Shown: positions 19,446 to 30,177, counted from the first letter of the stretch. The stretch is DNA of 46,406 bases from Eubacteriales bacterium (GCA_031553225.1 JAVBLU010000047.1:1-46406), one strand, 5' to 3'. Made by a program: numbers and translations. The notes: generated by a model not told the origin, from the letters alone.

Positions 19446-20885
19446 ATGGGTAAGGACGCGGGTCTGGAACGCATGAACGCGGCGCGCGCGGAGCTGGAGA
19501 AAGACAGCGTCGCGCGCGCGCGTGCGCTCCAGATGCTGGACGGACAGAGCTTCACCGAGATCGACGCATTCGCACGGGACTCGGCCGTCGTGACGGGCTT
19601 CGGCCTGGTGGACGAGCGGCCGGTGTACGTCGTCGCGCAGGATCCCTCGGTGCTCGGCGGCTCGCTTGGCCAGGAAACGGCACGCAAGGTACGTAAGACG
19701 CTCGCTCTGGCCGAAAAGACCGGCGCGCCGGTGGTATATCTGCTGGACAGCGAAGGCGTGCGCCTTACCGAGGGAGCGGGCGCCCTGACCGCCTACGCGC
19801 AGATGATGGCCGATATGGCCGCGCTCTCCGGCGTTGTGCCGCAAATCGCTGTGGCGCTTGGCCGCTGCATCGGCGGCGTGGCCGTGATGGCCGCGCAGGC
19901 CGACGTGTGCATCGCCTCCGATAAGGCGCTTATGCTGGCCGCCTCGCCGCAGATCATGTCCGCCGTCGCGGGCAAAACGCTCACACCCGCCGACGTGGGT
20001 TCCGCCGCGCAGGCCGTGGCTTCCGGGCTGGCTCATCTGGCCGTGCCGAGCGAAGCGGCTGCTTTTTCCGCCGCCCGCGCGCTCATCGGCATGCTGCCGA
20101 GCAATTCGGCTGAGGACGCGCCTATGGACGGCCCTGCCGACGACTGGAACCGCGTCATTCCCGAACTGAACGCCGGACGCGACGCCGACGTGCGCGATAC
20201 GCTCCGCCGCATCGCCGACGGCGGAATCATCCACGAACTGCAGGCCACTTACGCAACCGGTATGGTCACCGCGCTGTGCCGCCTGGGTGGCCGGACGGTC
20301 GGACTGCTGGCCAACCAGATAACCGGGCATGAGGATGGGCTGTGCGCCTGCGCGTGCGATAAAGGCGCGCGTTTTGTGCAGCTGTGCGACTGCTTCAACA
20401 TCCCGCTTGTGTCCTTTGTGGACGCGCAGGGCCTGAAGACGCCCGGCCCTGGCGGCAACGCCGACGCCGTAAAGGGCATCGCGCGGCTGACGTCCGCCAT
20501 GGCGGGCGCGTCCGTGCCCAAGGTATCGCTTGTGCTCTCACAGGCCGTTGGCCTTGCCTTTGTTGCCATGGGCGCGCGCGGGCTGGGCGCCGATCTGTGC
20601 TACGCCTGGCCGGACGCCGTGATCGCCCCCCTGTCGGCCGAGGCGATGGCCCAGGCGCTTCATGCGGACCAGATCGCCCTGCCCGACCCCATCGCTTCCC
20701 GCGAGGCGCTCGCCGAGCAGTACGCCAAGGACGCCGCCAACCCGATCATCGCCGCGCAGAATGGCGACATCGACGACGTCATCGAGCCCGCCAGCACCCG
20801 CGTGCAGCTCATCGCCGCCCTGGAGATGCTCATGAGTAAGCGATCCGCCCTGCCCGCGCGCAAGCAGGCGAATCTGGCGTTATAA
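19446..20885 (+). CDS. Acyl-CoA carboxyltransferase (12S type: methylmalonyl-CoA decarboxylase alpha / propionyl-CoA carboxylase beta family)
   Basis: Both carboxyl_trans subdomains are present (VLGGSLG in the N-half, FNIPLVSFVDAQG in the C-half). The ATG at 19446 is preceded by AGGAGGGG. Confidence 0.85.
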   Translation: MGKDAGLERMNAARAELEKDSVARARALQMLDGQSFTEIDAFARDSAVVTGFGLVDERPVYVVAQDPSVLGGSLGQETARKVRKTLALAEKTGAPVVYLLDSEGVRLTEGAGALTAYAQMMADMAALSGVVPQIAVALGRCIGGVAVMAAQADVCIASDKALMLAASPQIMSAVAGKTLTPADVGSAAQAVASGLAHLAVPSEAAAFSAARALIGMLPSNSAEDAPMDGPADDWNRVIPELNAGRDADVRDTLRRIADGGIIHELQATYATGMVTALCRLGGRTVGLLANQITGHEDGLCACACDKGARFVQLCDCFNIPLVSFVDAQGLKTPGPGGNADAVKGIARLTSAMAGASVPKVSLVLSQAVGLAFVAMGARGLGADLCYAWPDAVIAPLSAEAMAQALHADQIALPDPIASREALAEQYAKDAANPIIAAQNGDIDDVIEPASTRVQLIAALEMLMSKRSALPARKQANLAL

Positions 20886-20895
20886 GGGGGCGCTT

Positions 20896-21249
20896 GTGAT
20901 GGCAGACAAGATCCTCTTCGGTTTGATGGTCGCCCTGATCGGTATGACGATCACATTCATCGGCCTGATCCTGCTCATCGTCATCGTGAACGTCATGGGC
21001 GCGATCATGAAGGCCGTCTTCCGCCGCGGCGAGTCGTCGGACGGCGACGGGCAGCCCGAACCGGGGCGGGCCGCGCCTGTCGCGCAAGCGCCCGCGGCCG
21101 GGCCCGGAGCACTCATGGCGGTCATCGCCGCCGCAGTCGCCGCGGTGTGGGGCTCGCAGGCCGGCTTCGTGGTGCGCCGGGTGCGCCGGGTGGGCGTCAC
21201 GGCTCCTTCCTGGGCGGCGGCCGGGCGCAGCGACAACCAGGCGCGCTGA
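20896..21249 (+). CDS. OadG-family small membrane subunit (gamma/delta anchor of Na+-translocating decarboxylases)
   Basis: One N-terminal transmembrane helix is followed by an Ala/Pro-rich linker. The position matches MmdD/GcdD/OadG. Confidence 0.65.
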   Translation: MMADKILFGLMVALIGMTITFIGLILLIVIVNVMGAIMKAVFRRGESSDGDGQPEPGRAAPVAQAPAAGPGALMAVIAAAVAAVWGSQAGFVVRRVRRVGVTAPSWAAAGRSDNQAR

Positions 21250-21279
21250 TCTCGTAGGACGAATAAAGGAGGAACCCTT

Positions 21280-21663
21280 ATGCGTAAGTTCATGATCACC
21301 GTCAATGGCGAAACCTACGAGGTCGAGGTCGAGGAAGTCGGCGCGGCAAACACCGCACCCGCGGCTGCGCCTGCCCCCGCACCGGCTCCCGTCACCGCCC
21401 CTGCCCCGGCGGCGCATGCGCCCAAAGCGGCGCCTGCCGTCTCGGCCGGCGCCGAGAGCGTGAAGGCGCCCATGCCCGGCACCATCCTTCAGGTGAAGGC
21501 CGCGGTCGGCAAAGCTGTTAAGAAGGGCGAGGTGCTCTTCGTCCTGGAAGCCATGAAGATGGAGAACGAAATTATGGCCCCGAGAGACGCGGTTGTGGAC
21601 GTCGTCGCGGTCAACAAGGGCCAGCAGGTAAATACGGGCGATATGCTCTGCTCCATTAAGTAA
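21280..21663 (+). CDS. Biotin carboxyl carrier protein (1.3S type)
   Basis: An Ala/Pro linker precedes a biotinyl domain with EAMKMENEI around the biotinyl-lysine. AAAGGAGG lies upstream of the start. Confidence 0.85.
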   Translation: MRKFMITVNGETYEVEVEEVGAANTAPAAAPAPAPAPVTAPAPAAHAPKAAPAVSAGAESVKAPMPGTILQVKAAVGKAVKKGEVLFVLEAMKMENEIMAPRDAVVDVVAVNKGQQVNTGDMLCSIK

Positions 21664-21688
21664 TTTCCGTGGAAGGAGAGATATACGC

Positions 21689-22855
21689 TTGATCGATATT
21701 CTGGGCACCTTTAAGGACTTCGCCTTGGAGACCGGCTTTGCGACAGTGACGGGCGGGCAGCTCATCATGATCGCGGTCTCGCTCGTGCTGTTGTATCTGG
21801 CCATCGTACGACAGTTCGAGCCGCTGCTGCTCATACCCATCGCCTTTGGCATGTTGCTGGCCAACCTGCCCATGGCCGGGCTGAACGCCAAGCCCTACGT
21901 GGAACAGCTGGCCGATGGCTCCACCAAGGAGGTGGCCGGCGGTCTGATCTACTACCTGTACCAGGGCGTCAAACTGGGCATATACCCGCCGCTCATCTTT
22001 CTGGGCGTGGGCGCCATGACCGACTTTGGACCGCTCATCGCCAATCCCAAGTCCATGCTGCTGGGCGCCGCGGCGCAGCTGGGCATCTTCATCGTGTTCA
22101 TCGGCGCGCTCATGCTGGGCTTTTCCAACGCCGAGGCCGCCTCCACGGGCATCATCGGCGGCGCCGACGGCCCGACGGCCCTGTACGTCACATCCAAGCT
22201 CGCCCCGCACCTGCTTGGGCCCATCGCCGTGGCCGCCTACAGTTACATGGCGCTCGTGCCCATCATCCAGCCGCCCATCATGCGCGCGCTCACCACGAAG
22301 AAGGAGCGTTCCATCGTGATGGAGCAGCTGCGCCCCGTGAGCAAGACGGAGAAGATCGTCTTTCCCATCGTGTGCACGCTTTTTGTCAGCTTCCTGCTGC
22401 CGGCGGCCGCGCCGCTCATCGGCATGCTCATGTTCGGCAACCTGCTGCGCGAAAGCGGCGTTGTGGAGCGCCTATCCAAGACCGTGCAGAACGAGCTGAT
22501 GAACATCGTCACCATCTTCCTGGGCGTATCCGTGGGCGCTACGGCTTCGGCCGACATCTTCCTGACGCGGCAGACGCTGGAGATCATCGGCCTGGGGCTG
22601 ATCGCCTTCGCGGGCGGCACGGCGGGCGGCGTTTTACTGGGCAAGCTGATGAACGCCTTCTCCGGCGGCAGGATCAACCCGCTCATCGGCTCCGCGGGTG
22701 TTTCGGCCGTGCCCATGGCGGCACGCGTTTCGCAGGTGGTGGGGCAGAAGGAGAATCCCGGAAACTTCCTGTTGATGCACGCCATGGGACCCAATGTGGC
22801 CGGCGTCATCGGTTCGGCCATCGCGGCCGGCGTATTCCTGTCGCTCTTTGCTTAA
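21689..22855 (+). CDS. Na+-transporting decarboxylase beta subunit (OadB/MmdB/GcdB family)
   Basis: This is a polytopic protein with the conserved OAD_beta blocks ([33 protein letters not shown]). It has a TTG start. Confidence 0.85.
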   Translation: MIDILGTFKDFALETGFATVTGGQLIMIAVSLVLLYLAIVRQFEPLLLIPIAFGMLLANLPMAGLNAKPYVEQLADGSTKEVAGGLIYYLYQGVKLGIYPPLIFLGVGAMTDFGPLIANPKSMLLGAAAQLGIFIVFIGALMLGFSNAEAASTGIIGGADGPTALYVTSKLAPHLLGPIAVAAYSYMALVPIIQPPIMRALTTKKERSIVMEQLRPVSKTEKIVFPIVCTLFVSFLLPAAAPLIGMLMFGNLLRESGVVERLSKTVQNELMNIVTIFLGVSVGATASADIFLTRQTLEIIGLGLIAFAGGTAGGVLLGKLMNAFSGGRINPLIGSAGVSAVPMAARVSQVVGQKENPGNFLLMHAMGPNVAGVIGSAIAAGVFLSLFA

Positions 22856-22868
22856 GGGGGGAACGAGA

Positions 22869-24266
22869 ATGGCAAAGGTACATATCTGCGATACGATCCT
22901 GCGCGACGCGCACCAGTCGCAGGCAGCGACGCGCATGCGCACATCCGACATGCTGCCCGTGGCTGGCCTTCTGGACAAGGCCGGCTACTGGTCGCTGGAG
23001 ATGTGGGGCGGGGCCACGTTCGACACGTGCCTGCGTTTCCTGAACGAGGATCCCTGGGAGCGGCTGCGCGCGCTGCGTCAGGCCATCCCGAACACGCGCT
23101 TTCAGATGCTCTCGCGCGGCCAAAACATCCTTGGGTACAAGCACTACGCCGACGACGTGGTCGATCTGTTCTGCAAGCGCGCCATCGAGTCGGGCATCCA
23201 GGTGGTGCGCGTGTTCGACGCGCTCAACGACACGCGGAACATGGAGCAGACGGTCAAGTCCGTGCGCAAGTACGGCGGCATCGTGGAGTGCGCGATGAGC
23301 TACACCATCTCGCCCTTCCACACGCAGGACTACTTCATCGACCTGGCCAAAAAGCTGGAAGCCATGGGCGCGGATACGATCGCCATCAAGGACATGGCGA
23401 ACCTTCTGCTGCCCTATGAGGCGTACAAGCTGATCCGCCGCCTGAAGTCCGTCATCAAGGTGCCCATTCACTTGCACACGCACAACACTTCCGGCACGGG
23501 CGACATGACGCTCTTAAAGGGCATCGAGGCGGGCGTGGACATCGTGGACACGGCGCTCTCTCCGCTGGGCAACGGAACCTCGCAGCCGGCTACCGAGCCG
23601 CTCGTGGCCACGCTGAAGGGCACCGAGTACGACACGGGCATGGATTTGTCGCTGCTGTCCGAGATCGCGCAGCATTTCCGCGGCGTGTCGGAGCGCCTCA
23701 CCAAGGAAGGGTTCCTGGACCCCAAGGTAATGCAGGTGGACATCAACACGCTGTTGTACCAGGTGCCCGGCGGCATGCTCTCCAACCTCATCTCGCAACT
23801 CAAGCAGATGGGCGCTTCCAGCAAGTACCTGGAGGTTCTTCAGGAAGTGCCCCGCGTGCGCGAGGACTTTGGGTACCCGCCGCTGGTTACGCCCACCTCG
23901 CAGATCGTGGGCACGCAGGCCGTGCTCAACGTGGTGGCGGGCGAGCGCTACAAGCAGGTGACCAAGGAATCCAAGGGCCTTCTGCGCGGCGAATACGGCC
24001 AACTGCCCGCGCCCGTCAATCCGGACGTGCGCAAGATGGTCGTGGGGGATGAGCCGGTCATCACGCACCGCCCGGCGGACGACATCCCCCCCGAGCTGGA
24101 CAAGTACCGCGAGGAGATCAAGGAGTACTACCAAAGCGAGGACGACGTGCTCTCATACGCGCTCTTCCCGCAGGTGGCCCTGAATTTCTTCAAGCTCCGC
24201 CAGGCCGGCCGCATCGGGCTGGACTCGGATGCGTTGAACAAAAAGCTCTTCGTACACCCCGTATAA
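22869..24266 (+). CDS. 5S-type carboxyltransferase (oxaloacetate decarboxylase alpha / pyruvate carboxylase subunit B N-terminal domain). It lacks a biotinyl domain.
   Basis: HICDTILRDAHQS is the HMGL-like TIM-barrel start, and a PYC_OADA region follows. The protein ends after 465 aa with no biotin-attachment motif. Confidence 0.85.
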   Translation: MAKVHICDTILRDAHQSQAATRMRTSDMLPVAGLLDKAGYWSLEMWGGATFDTCLRFLNEDPWERLRALRQAIPNTRFQMLSRGQNILGYKHYADDVVDLFCKRAIESGIQVVRVFDALNDTRNMEQTVKSVRKYGGIVECAMSYTISPFHTQDYFIDLAKKLEAMGADTIAIKDMANLLLPYEAYKLIRRLKSVIKVPIHLHTHNTSGTGDMTLLKGIEAGVDIVDTALSPLGNGTSQPATEPLVATLKGTEYDTGMDLSLLSEIAQHFRGVSERLTKEGFLDPKVMQVDINTLLYQVPGGMLSNLISQLKQMGASSKYLEVLQEVPRVREDFGYPPLVTPTSQIVGTQAVLNVVAGERYKQVTKESKGLLRGEYGQLPAPVNPDVRKMVVGDEPVITHRPADDIPPELDKYREEIKEYYQSEDDVLSYALFPQVALNFFKLRQAGRIGLDSDALNKKLFVHPV

Positions 24267-24290
24267 AGCGACCTCTCCCGGAAACAGGCA

Positions 24291-24330
24291 GGGCGCCCGC
24301 AAACGCGGGCGCCTTCACATATTCCTTTGT
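24291..24330 (+). terminator. Probable terminator of the decarboxylase operon
   Basis: A 9-bp GC stem (ggcgcccgc aaac gcgggcgcc) is followed by a weak T tract. Confidence 0.4.
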
Positions 24331-24337
24331 GCACATC

Positions 24338-24366
24338 TCTGGCATTTGTATTTTTGCACCGCGTAG
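24338..24366 (+). promoter_or_regulatory. lon promoter
   Basis: The -35 is TTGTAT (24338-24343) and the -10 is TACAAT (24361-24366), with a 17-nt spacer. Confidence 0.5.
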
Positions 24367-24412
24367 TTTACAATAGACATAAGCGTATCGGTTCTACATA
24401 TGGGAGGTAGCA

Positions 24413-26800
24413 GTGGACAAACAGAGCGAAATACTACATGACGACGCGGCGGCCCAGCTGGCCATGCCGGAGCGCGCCCTTTCCGAACAGCTTACGCTGC
24501 CCGTCCTGCCCCTGCGCGGGGTGATGGTGTTTCCCAATACGGTGCTCCACTTCGACGTCGGGCGGGAGAAATCCGTGGCGGCAATCGACCGCGCCATGGA
24601 GACGGACGACCAGCGCATCTTCCTTACGGCGCAAAAGGACGCATCCACCGAGGATCCGGTGCTGGATGATCTGTACTCCATCGGCACCGTCGTGATGATC
24701 AAGCAGGTGGTGCGCCTGCAGAACGGCGTGCTACGCGTGGTGGGCGAGGGCGTCAGCCGCGCGGTGCTCGATGGCCTCACGCAGACCGAGCCCTTCCTGA
24801 TCGGCGCGCTGTGGGTGCCCGCCGAGCCGGCTGTGGATCCCCTGGTGGCCGAGGCGCACAAGCGCATGGCCATGGAGGTCTTCGAGGCATTCGCTAAGCA
24901 CTCCGGCAAGCCCGAGCCGCAGGCCGTGATGGCACTGGGCGCGCTCAGCGAGCCGGGGCTTCTTGCCGACGCAATCGCCGCGAACACCCTGCACAAGCTC
25001 TCCGAACAGCAGGCCATACTGGAGGAGCTCGATCCGATCCAGCGCCTGCTTCTCATCTGCCGGATGCTTCAGAAGGAAAACGAGCTGCAGGACCTGACGC
25101 GCTCCATACGCGAACAGGTGAAGGAGCGCATCGATAAAAACCAGAAGGAGTACTACCTGCGCGAGCAGATGAAGGTGATCCAGAAGGAGCTGGGCGACGG
25201 GGAAGGCGGCCAGGACGAGCTACGCACCCGCCTGAAGAAAGCCGTCCTGCCGGATGCCGTGCGCCAGAAGGTGGAGAAGGAACTCTCGCGCCTGTCGCAT
25301 ATCCCATCCTCTTCGCCCGAGGTGGCGGTGCTGCGCACCTGGATCGAATGGGTGCTGGATCTACCCTTTGGCGTCCTCTCAAACGACAACTACGATATTG
25401 CCCTCGCGCGGGCCGTTCTGGACGAGGATCACTACGGCCTGAAGCCGGTAAAGGAGCGCGTGCTGGAGTACCTGGCCGTTCTTTCGCTTCGCCGTGAGAT
25501 GAAGGGCCCCATTCTGTGCTTCGTGGGCCCGCCCGGCGTGGGCAAAACAAGCGTGGGCCGCTCGATTGCGCGCGCGCTGGGCCGCAAGTTTGTGCGCATG
25601 TCCCTTGGCGGCGTGCGCGACGAGGCGGAGATCCGCGGCCACCGGCGCACGTACGTGGGCGCCATCCCGGGCCGGGTGATGAGCCACATCAAGCAGGCCG
25701 GGTCGCAGAATCCCGTGTTCCTGCTGGACGAGATTGACAAGCTGGCGAGCGACTTTCGCGGAGACCCGGCCGCGGCGCTTCTGGAGGTGCTCGACGCGGA
25801 ACAAAACCACGCCTTCGAGGACCACTATCTGGAAATCCCGTTTGACCTCTCCCGCGTGATGTTTCTGGCCACGGCGAACACCACGGACACGATCCCGCAG
25901 GCGCTGCTCGACCGCATGGAGGTCATCGAGCTGCCGGGCTACACCGAAGACGAAAAGCTGCACATCGCACAGGGGCACCTGGTGCCCAAGCAGCGCAAGG
26001 AGCACGGCCTGAAGGCGTCCTGCCTGAAGATCAGCGACGAGGCGGTGCTGACCGTCGTGCGGCGCTATACGCGCGAGGCGGGCGTGCGCCAGCTGGAACG
26101 CCAGGTGGCCCGCGTATGCCGCAAAGCGGCCGTTCGCTTCGCGGAAGGACAAAAGACGCTTTCCGTATCGCCCAAAAACCTGGAGAAGCTACTCGGCGTG
26201 CCACGATACCGCTACGGCCGCGCGGACGCGGGCGCGGAAGTGGGCGTGGCGGTCGGCCTTGCGTACACAGGCGCGGGCGGCGATGTGCTGCCCATTGAGG
26301 CAACGCGCTTCAAGGGTAAGGGCAACCTGGAGCTGACCGGCCGTCTGGGCGAGGTGATGAAGGAATCCGCGCACGCCGCGCTCTCCTATGTACGCACGCA
26401 CGCAGCGCGTTTTGATATCCCCTCCGAGCTGTTTGAGGAGAACGACATCCACATCCACGTGCCCGAAGGCGCGGTGCCCAAGGACGGCCCCTCGGCAGGC
26501 GTCACGCTGTGTTCGGCGCTCGTGTCCGCGCTTAGCGGCGTGCCCGTGCGGCAGGACGTGGCCATGACGGGCGAGATCACCCTGCGCGGACGCATTCTGC
26601 CCATCGGCGGGCTCAAGGAGAAATCGCTCGCGGCCAAACGCGCAGGCATCACCACCGTGCTTTTCCCGGAGGAGAACCTGAAGGACCTTTCCGAGATTGA
26701 GCCGGATGCGCTCGCGGGCCTTCACATGCTGCCCGTGCGTACGATGGACGACGTGCTGCCCCGCGTGCTGGTGCGCCGCCCGGACGAGGCGGTCACTTAG
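24413..26800 (+). CDS. lon: ATP-dependent endopeptidase La
   Basis: The protein has the LON N-terminal domain, a Walker [10 protein letters not shown] and a C-terminal protease domain with PKDGPSAG. Confidence 0.95.
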   Translation: MDKQSEILHDDAAAQLAMPERALSEQLTLPVLPLRGVMVFPNTVLHFDVGREKSVAAIDRAMETDDQRIFLTAQKDASTEDPVLDDLYSIGTVVMIKQVVRLQNGVLRVVGEGVSRAVLDGLTQTEPFLIGALWVPAEPAVDPLVAEAHKRMAMEVFEAFAKHSGKPEPQAVMALGALSEPGLLADAIAANTLHKLSEQQAILEELDPIQRLLLICRMLQKENELQDLTRSIREQVKERIDKNQKEYYLREQMKVIQKELGDGEGGQDELRTRLKKAVLPDAVRQKVEKELSRLSHIPSSSPEVAVLRTWIEWVLDLPFGVLSNDNYDIALARAVLDEDHYGLKPVKERVLEYLAVLSLRREMKGPILCFVGPPGVGKTSVGRSIARALGRKFVRMSLGGVRDEAEIRGHRRTYVGAIPGRVMSHIKQAGSQNPVFLLDEIDKLASDFRGDPAAALLEVLDAEQNHAFEDHYLEIPFDLSRVMFLATANTTDTIPQALLDRMEVIELPGYTEDEKLHIAQGHLVPKQRKEHGLKASCLKISDEAVLTVVRRYTREAGVRQLERQVARVCRKAAVRFAEGQKTLSVSPKNLEKLLGVPRYRYGRADAGAEVGVAVGLAYTGAGGDVLPIEATRFKGKGNLELTGRLGEVMKESAHAALSYVRTHAARFDIPSELFEENDIHIHVPEGAVPKDGPSAGVTLCSALVSALSGVPVRQDVAMTGEITLRGRILPIGGLKEKSLAAKRAGITTVLFPEENLKDLSEIEPDALAGLHMLPVRTMDDVLPRVLVRRPDEAVT

Positions 26801-27427
26801 ATGATGAAGATCACCAAAGCGCAGTTTATCACCTCGCTTGCCCAAGCGCGCAGCTATCCCGGCGAAGGCCTGCCTGCCTGCGCGGTGGTGGGCCGTTCGA
26901 ACGTGGGGAAGAGCTCCCTCATCAACAAACTGTGCAATCGTCGCGACCTGGCGCGCACCGGCCAAACGCCCGGCGTCACGCGCATGATCAACATCTTCCT
27001 GCTCAACGAGCGCTTCCATCTGGTGGACCTTCCCGGATACGGCTTTCACCAAGCGGGCAAAGAGCGCGCGGAAAACTGGGGCAATCTCATTGAAGGTTTC
27101 CTGAAAGAGAGCGCCAGCCTTAAGGGCGTACTGCAGCTTGTGGACATCCGGCATGATCCGACCCAGCAGGACCAACAGATGATCGCATGGCTTCGGCACT
27201 ACGACATCCCGTTCCTCGTGGTGGCCACCAAGGCCGACAAGATCGCCCGCGCCCATCACGTCAGCCGGGTGCACGCCATCTGCCGCACGCTTGTCGTGCA
27301 GCCCTGGGAGGTTCAGCCTTTCTCCAGCCAGACCGGCGCAGGGCTTGAGCAGGTGTTGGCCTGGATGCAGAACACAATGCAACTGGGCGATGAACAGCCA
27401 AACGAAGACGATAAGAGGCCCGAATGA
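26801..27427 (+). CDS. engB: Ribosome biogenesis GTP-binding protein YihA/YsxC
   Basis: GRSNVGKSSLINKL is the G1 motif and DLPGYG the G3 motif. The gene immediately follows lon, as it does in Bacillus. Confidence 0.9.
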   Translation: MMKITKAQFITSLAQARSYPGEGLPACAVVGRSNVGKSSLINKLCNRRDLARTGQTPGVTRMINIFLLNERFHLVDLPGYGFHQAGKERAENWGNLIEGFLKESASLKGVLQLVDIRHDPTQQDQQMIAWLRHYDIPFLVVATKADKIARAHHVSRVHAICRTLVVQPWEVQPFSSQTGAGLEQVLAWMQNTMQLGDEQPNEDDKRPE

Positions 27428-27506
27428 GGTGTTTGGCCGCTTGCGCTTGCGCATGCGGCCGTTATTACGTACAGTAAGGCCATCAGAAATAAAGGAGGTG
27501 CTCTTC

Positions 27507-28997
27507 ATGCAGGACGTGTTCCTCATCGCCGGCGGCATCGTGCTCGTCATCGTCTTGCTCATGGTCGGGATTTCCAGCATCTGGCGCAAGGTGCCGCAGG
27601 ACAAAGCAGTGGTCGTCTCCGGCCTGCGCAAGCGGGTCATCACGGGCGGCGGCGGTCTTGTCGTGCCGCTCTTCGAGCGCACGGACGTCATCTCCCTGGA
27701 GAACATGAAGATCGAGGTGCGCATCGACGGCGCGCTGACCGAACAAGGCGTTGAGGTGTTCGTGGACGGCGTGTCCGTGGTGAAGGTGCGCTCCGATCTG
27801 CACTCCATCCTGCAGGCTATGGAGCAGTTCAACACCGGGCGCGAGGGCACCACCATCGAGGCCATCCGCAACACGGTGCGCGACGTGCTGGAAGGCAAGC
27901 TGCGCGAGATCATCTCCAAGCTGACGGTGGAGGAAATCTACAAAGACCGCGAAAAATTCGCAAGCGAGGTGGAAGCAGTCGCCTCCGTGGCGCTGGCCGA
28001 GATGGGCCTGGAGATCAAGGCTTTCACGATCCGCGACATCGCCGACAAGAACCAGTACTTGGAGTCGCTGGGCAAGAAGCAGATCGCCCAGGTGAAGAAG
28101 GACGCCGTGATCGCCGAGGCGGAGGCCAACCGCGAGGCCACCGAACGCACCGCCGAGGCCAGCCGCCTGGCCAAGGAGGCGCAGATTGCTGCCGAGACCC
28201 GCGTAGCCGAAGCGAGCAAGGAGAAGCAGCTGAAAGTGGAGGCCTACCGCCAGGAGCAGGAGGCCGCGCGCGCCAAGGCCGACAACTCCTACGCCATTCA
28301 GGAGAACATCGTCCGGCAGGAGGTCGCCAAGTCGGAAATTCAGGTGGAGATCGTTCGCCGCGAGAAGGAAGTCGAGCTGACGGAGCGCGCCATGCAGGTG
28401 GAGATCGTCCGCAGGGAAAAGGAGATCGAACTGACCGAGCGCGCCATGCAGGTGGAGATCACCAAACGCCTGAAGGAGACCGAGCTGGCCGAACAGGAGG
28501 CCATACGCCGCGAGCGCGAGCTGGACGCCACCGTGCGCAAGCAGGCCGAGGCCGAGCTGTATGAGCGCGAGCAGCGCGCCGACGCGGCCAAGTATGCCGA
28601 GATCAAGGACGCCGAGGCAAAGGCCGAGATGGTGCGGTTGGACGGCCTGGCCCGCGCCGAGGCCATCCGCGCGGCCGGCATGGCCGAGGTCGATATCATC
28701 CGCGAAAAGGGCAAAGCCGAAGCGGAGGCCATGATGAAGAAGGCCGAGGCTTACCGTATGTACAACGAAGCCGCCGTGCTGCAGATGATCGTGGAGAAAC
28801 TCCCTCAGATCGCCGAGCAGGTTGCCGCTCCCCTTGCCAAGACGGAGAAGATCGTCATGATCGGCGACGCAGGCAGCAAGATGACCCGTTCCATCACGGA
28901 CATCATCGCCCAAGTGCCCGAGGTTGCCCAGGCGCTCACGGGCGTGGACATCAAGCAGCTCATCTCCGGCTACGCATCAAAAAAGGCCGAAGGCTGA
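27507..28997 (+). CDS. Flotillin-family (SPFH domain) protein
   Basis: An N-terminal transmembrane segment is followed by an SPFH domain and a long EA-rich coiled coil. The ATG at 27507 is preceded by AAAGGAGGTG. The long ORF from 27291 is an upstream extension of the same frame. Confidence 0.85.
   Translation: MQDVFLIAGGIVLVIVLLMVGISSIWRKVPQDKAVVVSGLRKRVITGGGGLVVPLFERTDVISLENMKIEVRIDGALTEQGVEVFVDGVSVVKVRSDLHSILQAMEQFNTGREGTTIEAIRNTVRDVLEGKLREIISKLTVEEIYKDREKFASEVEAVASVALAEMGLEIKAFTIRDIADKNQYLESLGKKQIAQVKKDAVIAEAEANREATERTAEASRLAKEAQIAAETRVAEASKEKQLKVEAYRQEQEAARAKADNSYAIQENIVRQEVAKSEIQVEIVRREKEVELTERAMQVEIVRREKEIELTERAMQVEITKRLKETELAEQEAIRRERELDATVRKQAEAELYEREQRADAAKYAEIKDAEAKAEMVRLDGLARAEAIRAAGMAEVDIIREKGKAEAEAMMKKAEAYRMYNEAAVLQMIVEKLPQIAEQVAAPLAKTEKIVMIGDAGSKMTRSITDIIAQVPEVAQALTGVDIKQLISGYASKKAEG
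28341..28466 (+). repeat. 54-bp (18-aa) in-frame tandem repeat inside the flotillin coiled coil, about 2.3 copies
   Basis: The units are at 28341-28394, 28395-28448 and 28449 to about 28466. They encode QVEIVRREKE(V/I)ELTERAM. Confidence 0.8.
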
Positions 28998-29106
28998 CAC
29001 CGCCGCGGCCATACGAATGCGCGTGAAGAGCGGCCTTACGGCCGCTCTTCACGCTATGCACAAAGACCGAAATATGGTAAGATTGGGGCGTAAAACAGGG
29101 AGGGGA

Positions 29107-30177
29107 ATGCCGATGCTTCCAGAATCGATGTACGCGGTGGTGTGTCACGGCCCGCATGATTACCGCTACGAGCGGGTGCCTACCCCGCGCGCCGCCGAGG
29201 ATGGCATCGTGCTCAAGGTGGAGGCGTGCGGTATCTGCGCAGGCGACTTGAAGGCCTATCAGGGCGGCGATCGGTTCTGGGGCGGGGGCGAGTTTACGGC
29301 ATATGTTGAGCCGCCCTGCATACCGGGGCACGAGTTCGTCGGCCGCATCGCGGAGGTGGGGGAGCACGCCTCCCCGGGCTTCTGCGTAGGCGAGCGGGTG
29401 ACGGCCGAGCAGATACTGCCCTGCGGAACCTGCGCCTATTGCCGCGCCGGGCTGTACTGGCTGTGCGGCCCGCACGACGTGTTTGGCTTTAAGCATTACC
29501 TCAACGGCGGCATGGCCGAGTATATACGCCTGCCGCGCGGCAGCCGCGTGCACCGCGTGCCCGAATCGCTCTCCACCAAACAGGCGCTGCTCATCGAGCC
29601 ATACGCCTGCGCCATGCACGGCGTGGACCGCGCGGCCGTCACGCGCGACGATGTGGTCGTGGTATCCGGCGCGGGCACGCTGGGCCTGGGCATGATCGCC
29701 TACCTGCGCACGCTGCAGCCGCGCTGCCTCGTCGCCGTGGACGTACAGGACAGCCGACTGCCCATCGCCAAGGCCCTGGGCGCGCACCTGGCGCTGAACC
29801 CGCAGCGCGAGAACGTGCAGCGCACGCTCCAGGAGCTCAGCGGCGGACTGGGATGCGACGTCTACATCGAAGTGGCCGGCCATCCTTCCTCCGTTCTACA
29901 GGGGCTGCAGTGGGTCCGCAAAGCCGGGCGTTTCGTGGAATTCTCGGTGTTCACCGAGAAGACGACGAGCGACTGGTCCATCATCGGCGACGCCAAGGAG
30001 CTCTCCATCATCGGCTCCAGTCTCTCGCCGCACTGCTTTGCACCCACCATCGAGGGCATCACCTCGGGCAAGCTGCGCACGCAGGGCGTGGTAACCGATG
30101 TTTTGCCTCTGCAGGAGTTTGAGACAGCATTCCGCCTGGCCAAATCGGGCGGCATAAAGGTGGCGCTGCACGCATGA
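29107..30177 (+). CDS. Zn-dependent alcohol dehydrogenase (MDR superfamily, polyol/threonine dehydrogenase-like)
   Basis: GICAGDL and GHEFVG are catalytic-Zn ligands, CGTCAYC is the structural-Zn loop, and VSGAGTLG is the Rossmann motif. The long ORF from 28924 is an upstream extension of the same frame. Confidence 0.8.
   Translation: MPMLPESMYAVVCHGPHDYRYERVPTPRAAEDGIVLKVEACGICAGDLKAYQGGDRFWGGGEFTAYVEPPCIPGHEFVGRIAEVGEHASPGFCVGERVTAEQILPCGTCAYCRAGLYWLCGPHDVFGFKHYLNGGMAEYIRLPRGSRVHRVPESLSTKQALLIEPYACAMHGVDRAAVTRDDVVVVSGAGTLGLGMIAYLRTLQPRCLVAVDVQDSRLPIAKALGAHLALNPQRENVQRTLQELSGGLGCDVYIEVAGHPSSVLQGLQWVRKAGRFVEFSVFTEKTTSDWSIIGDAKELSIIGSSLSPHCFAPTIEGITSGKLRTQGVVTDVLPLQEFETAFRLAKSGGIKVALHA

Noticed and set aside
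27483-28913. 476-aa minus-strand ORF antisense to the flotillin gene
   Set aside because: It is a Gly/Leu/Ala low-complexity antisense translation of an EA-rich coiled-coil gene.
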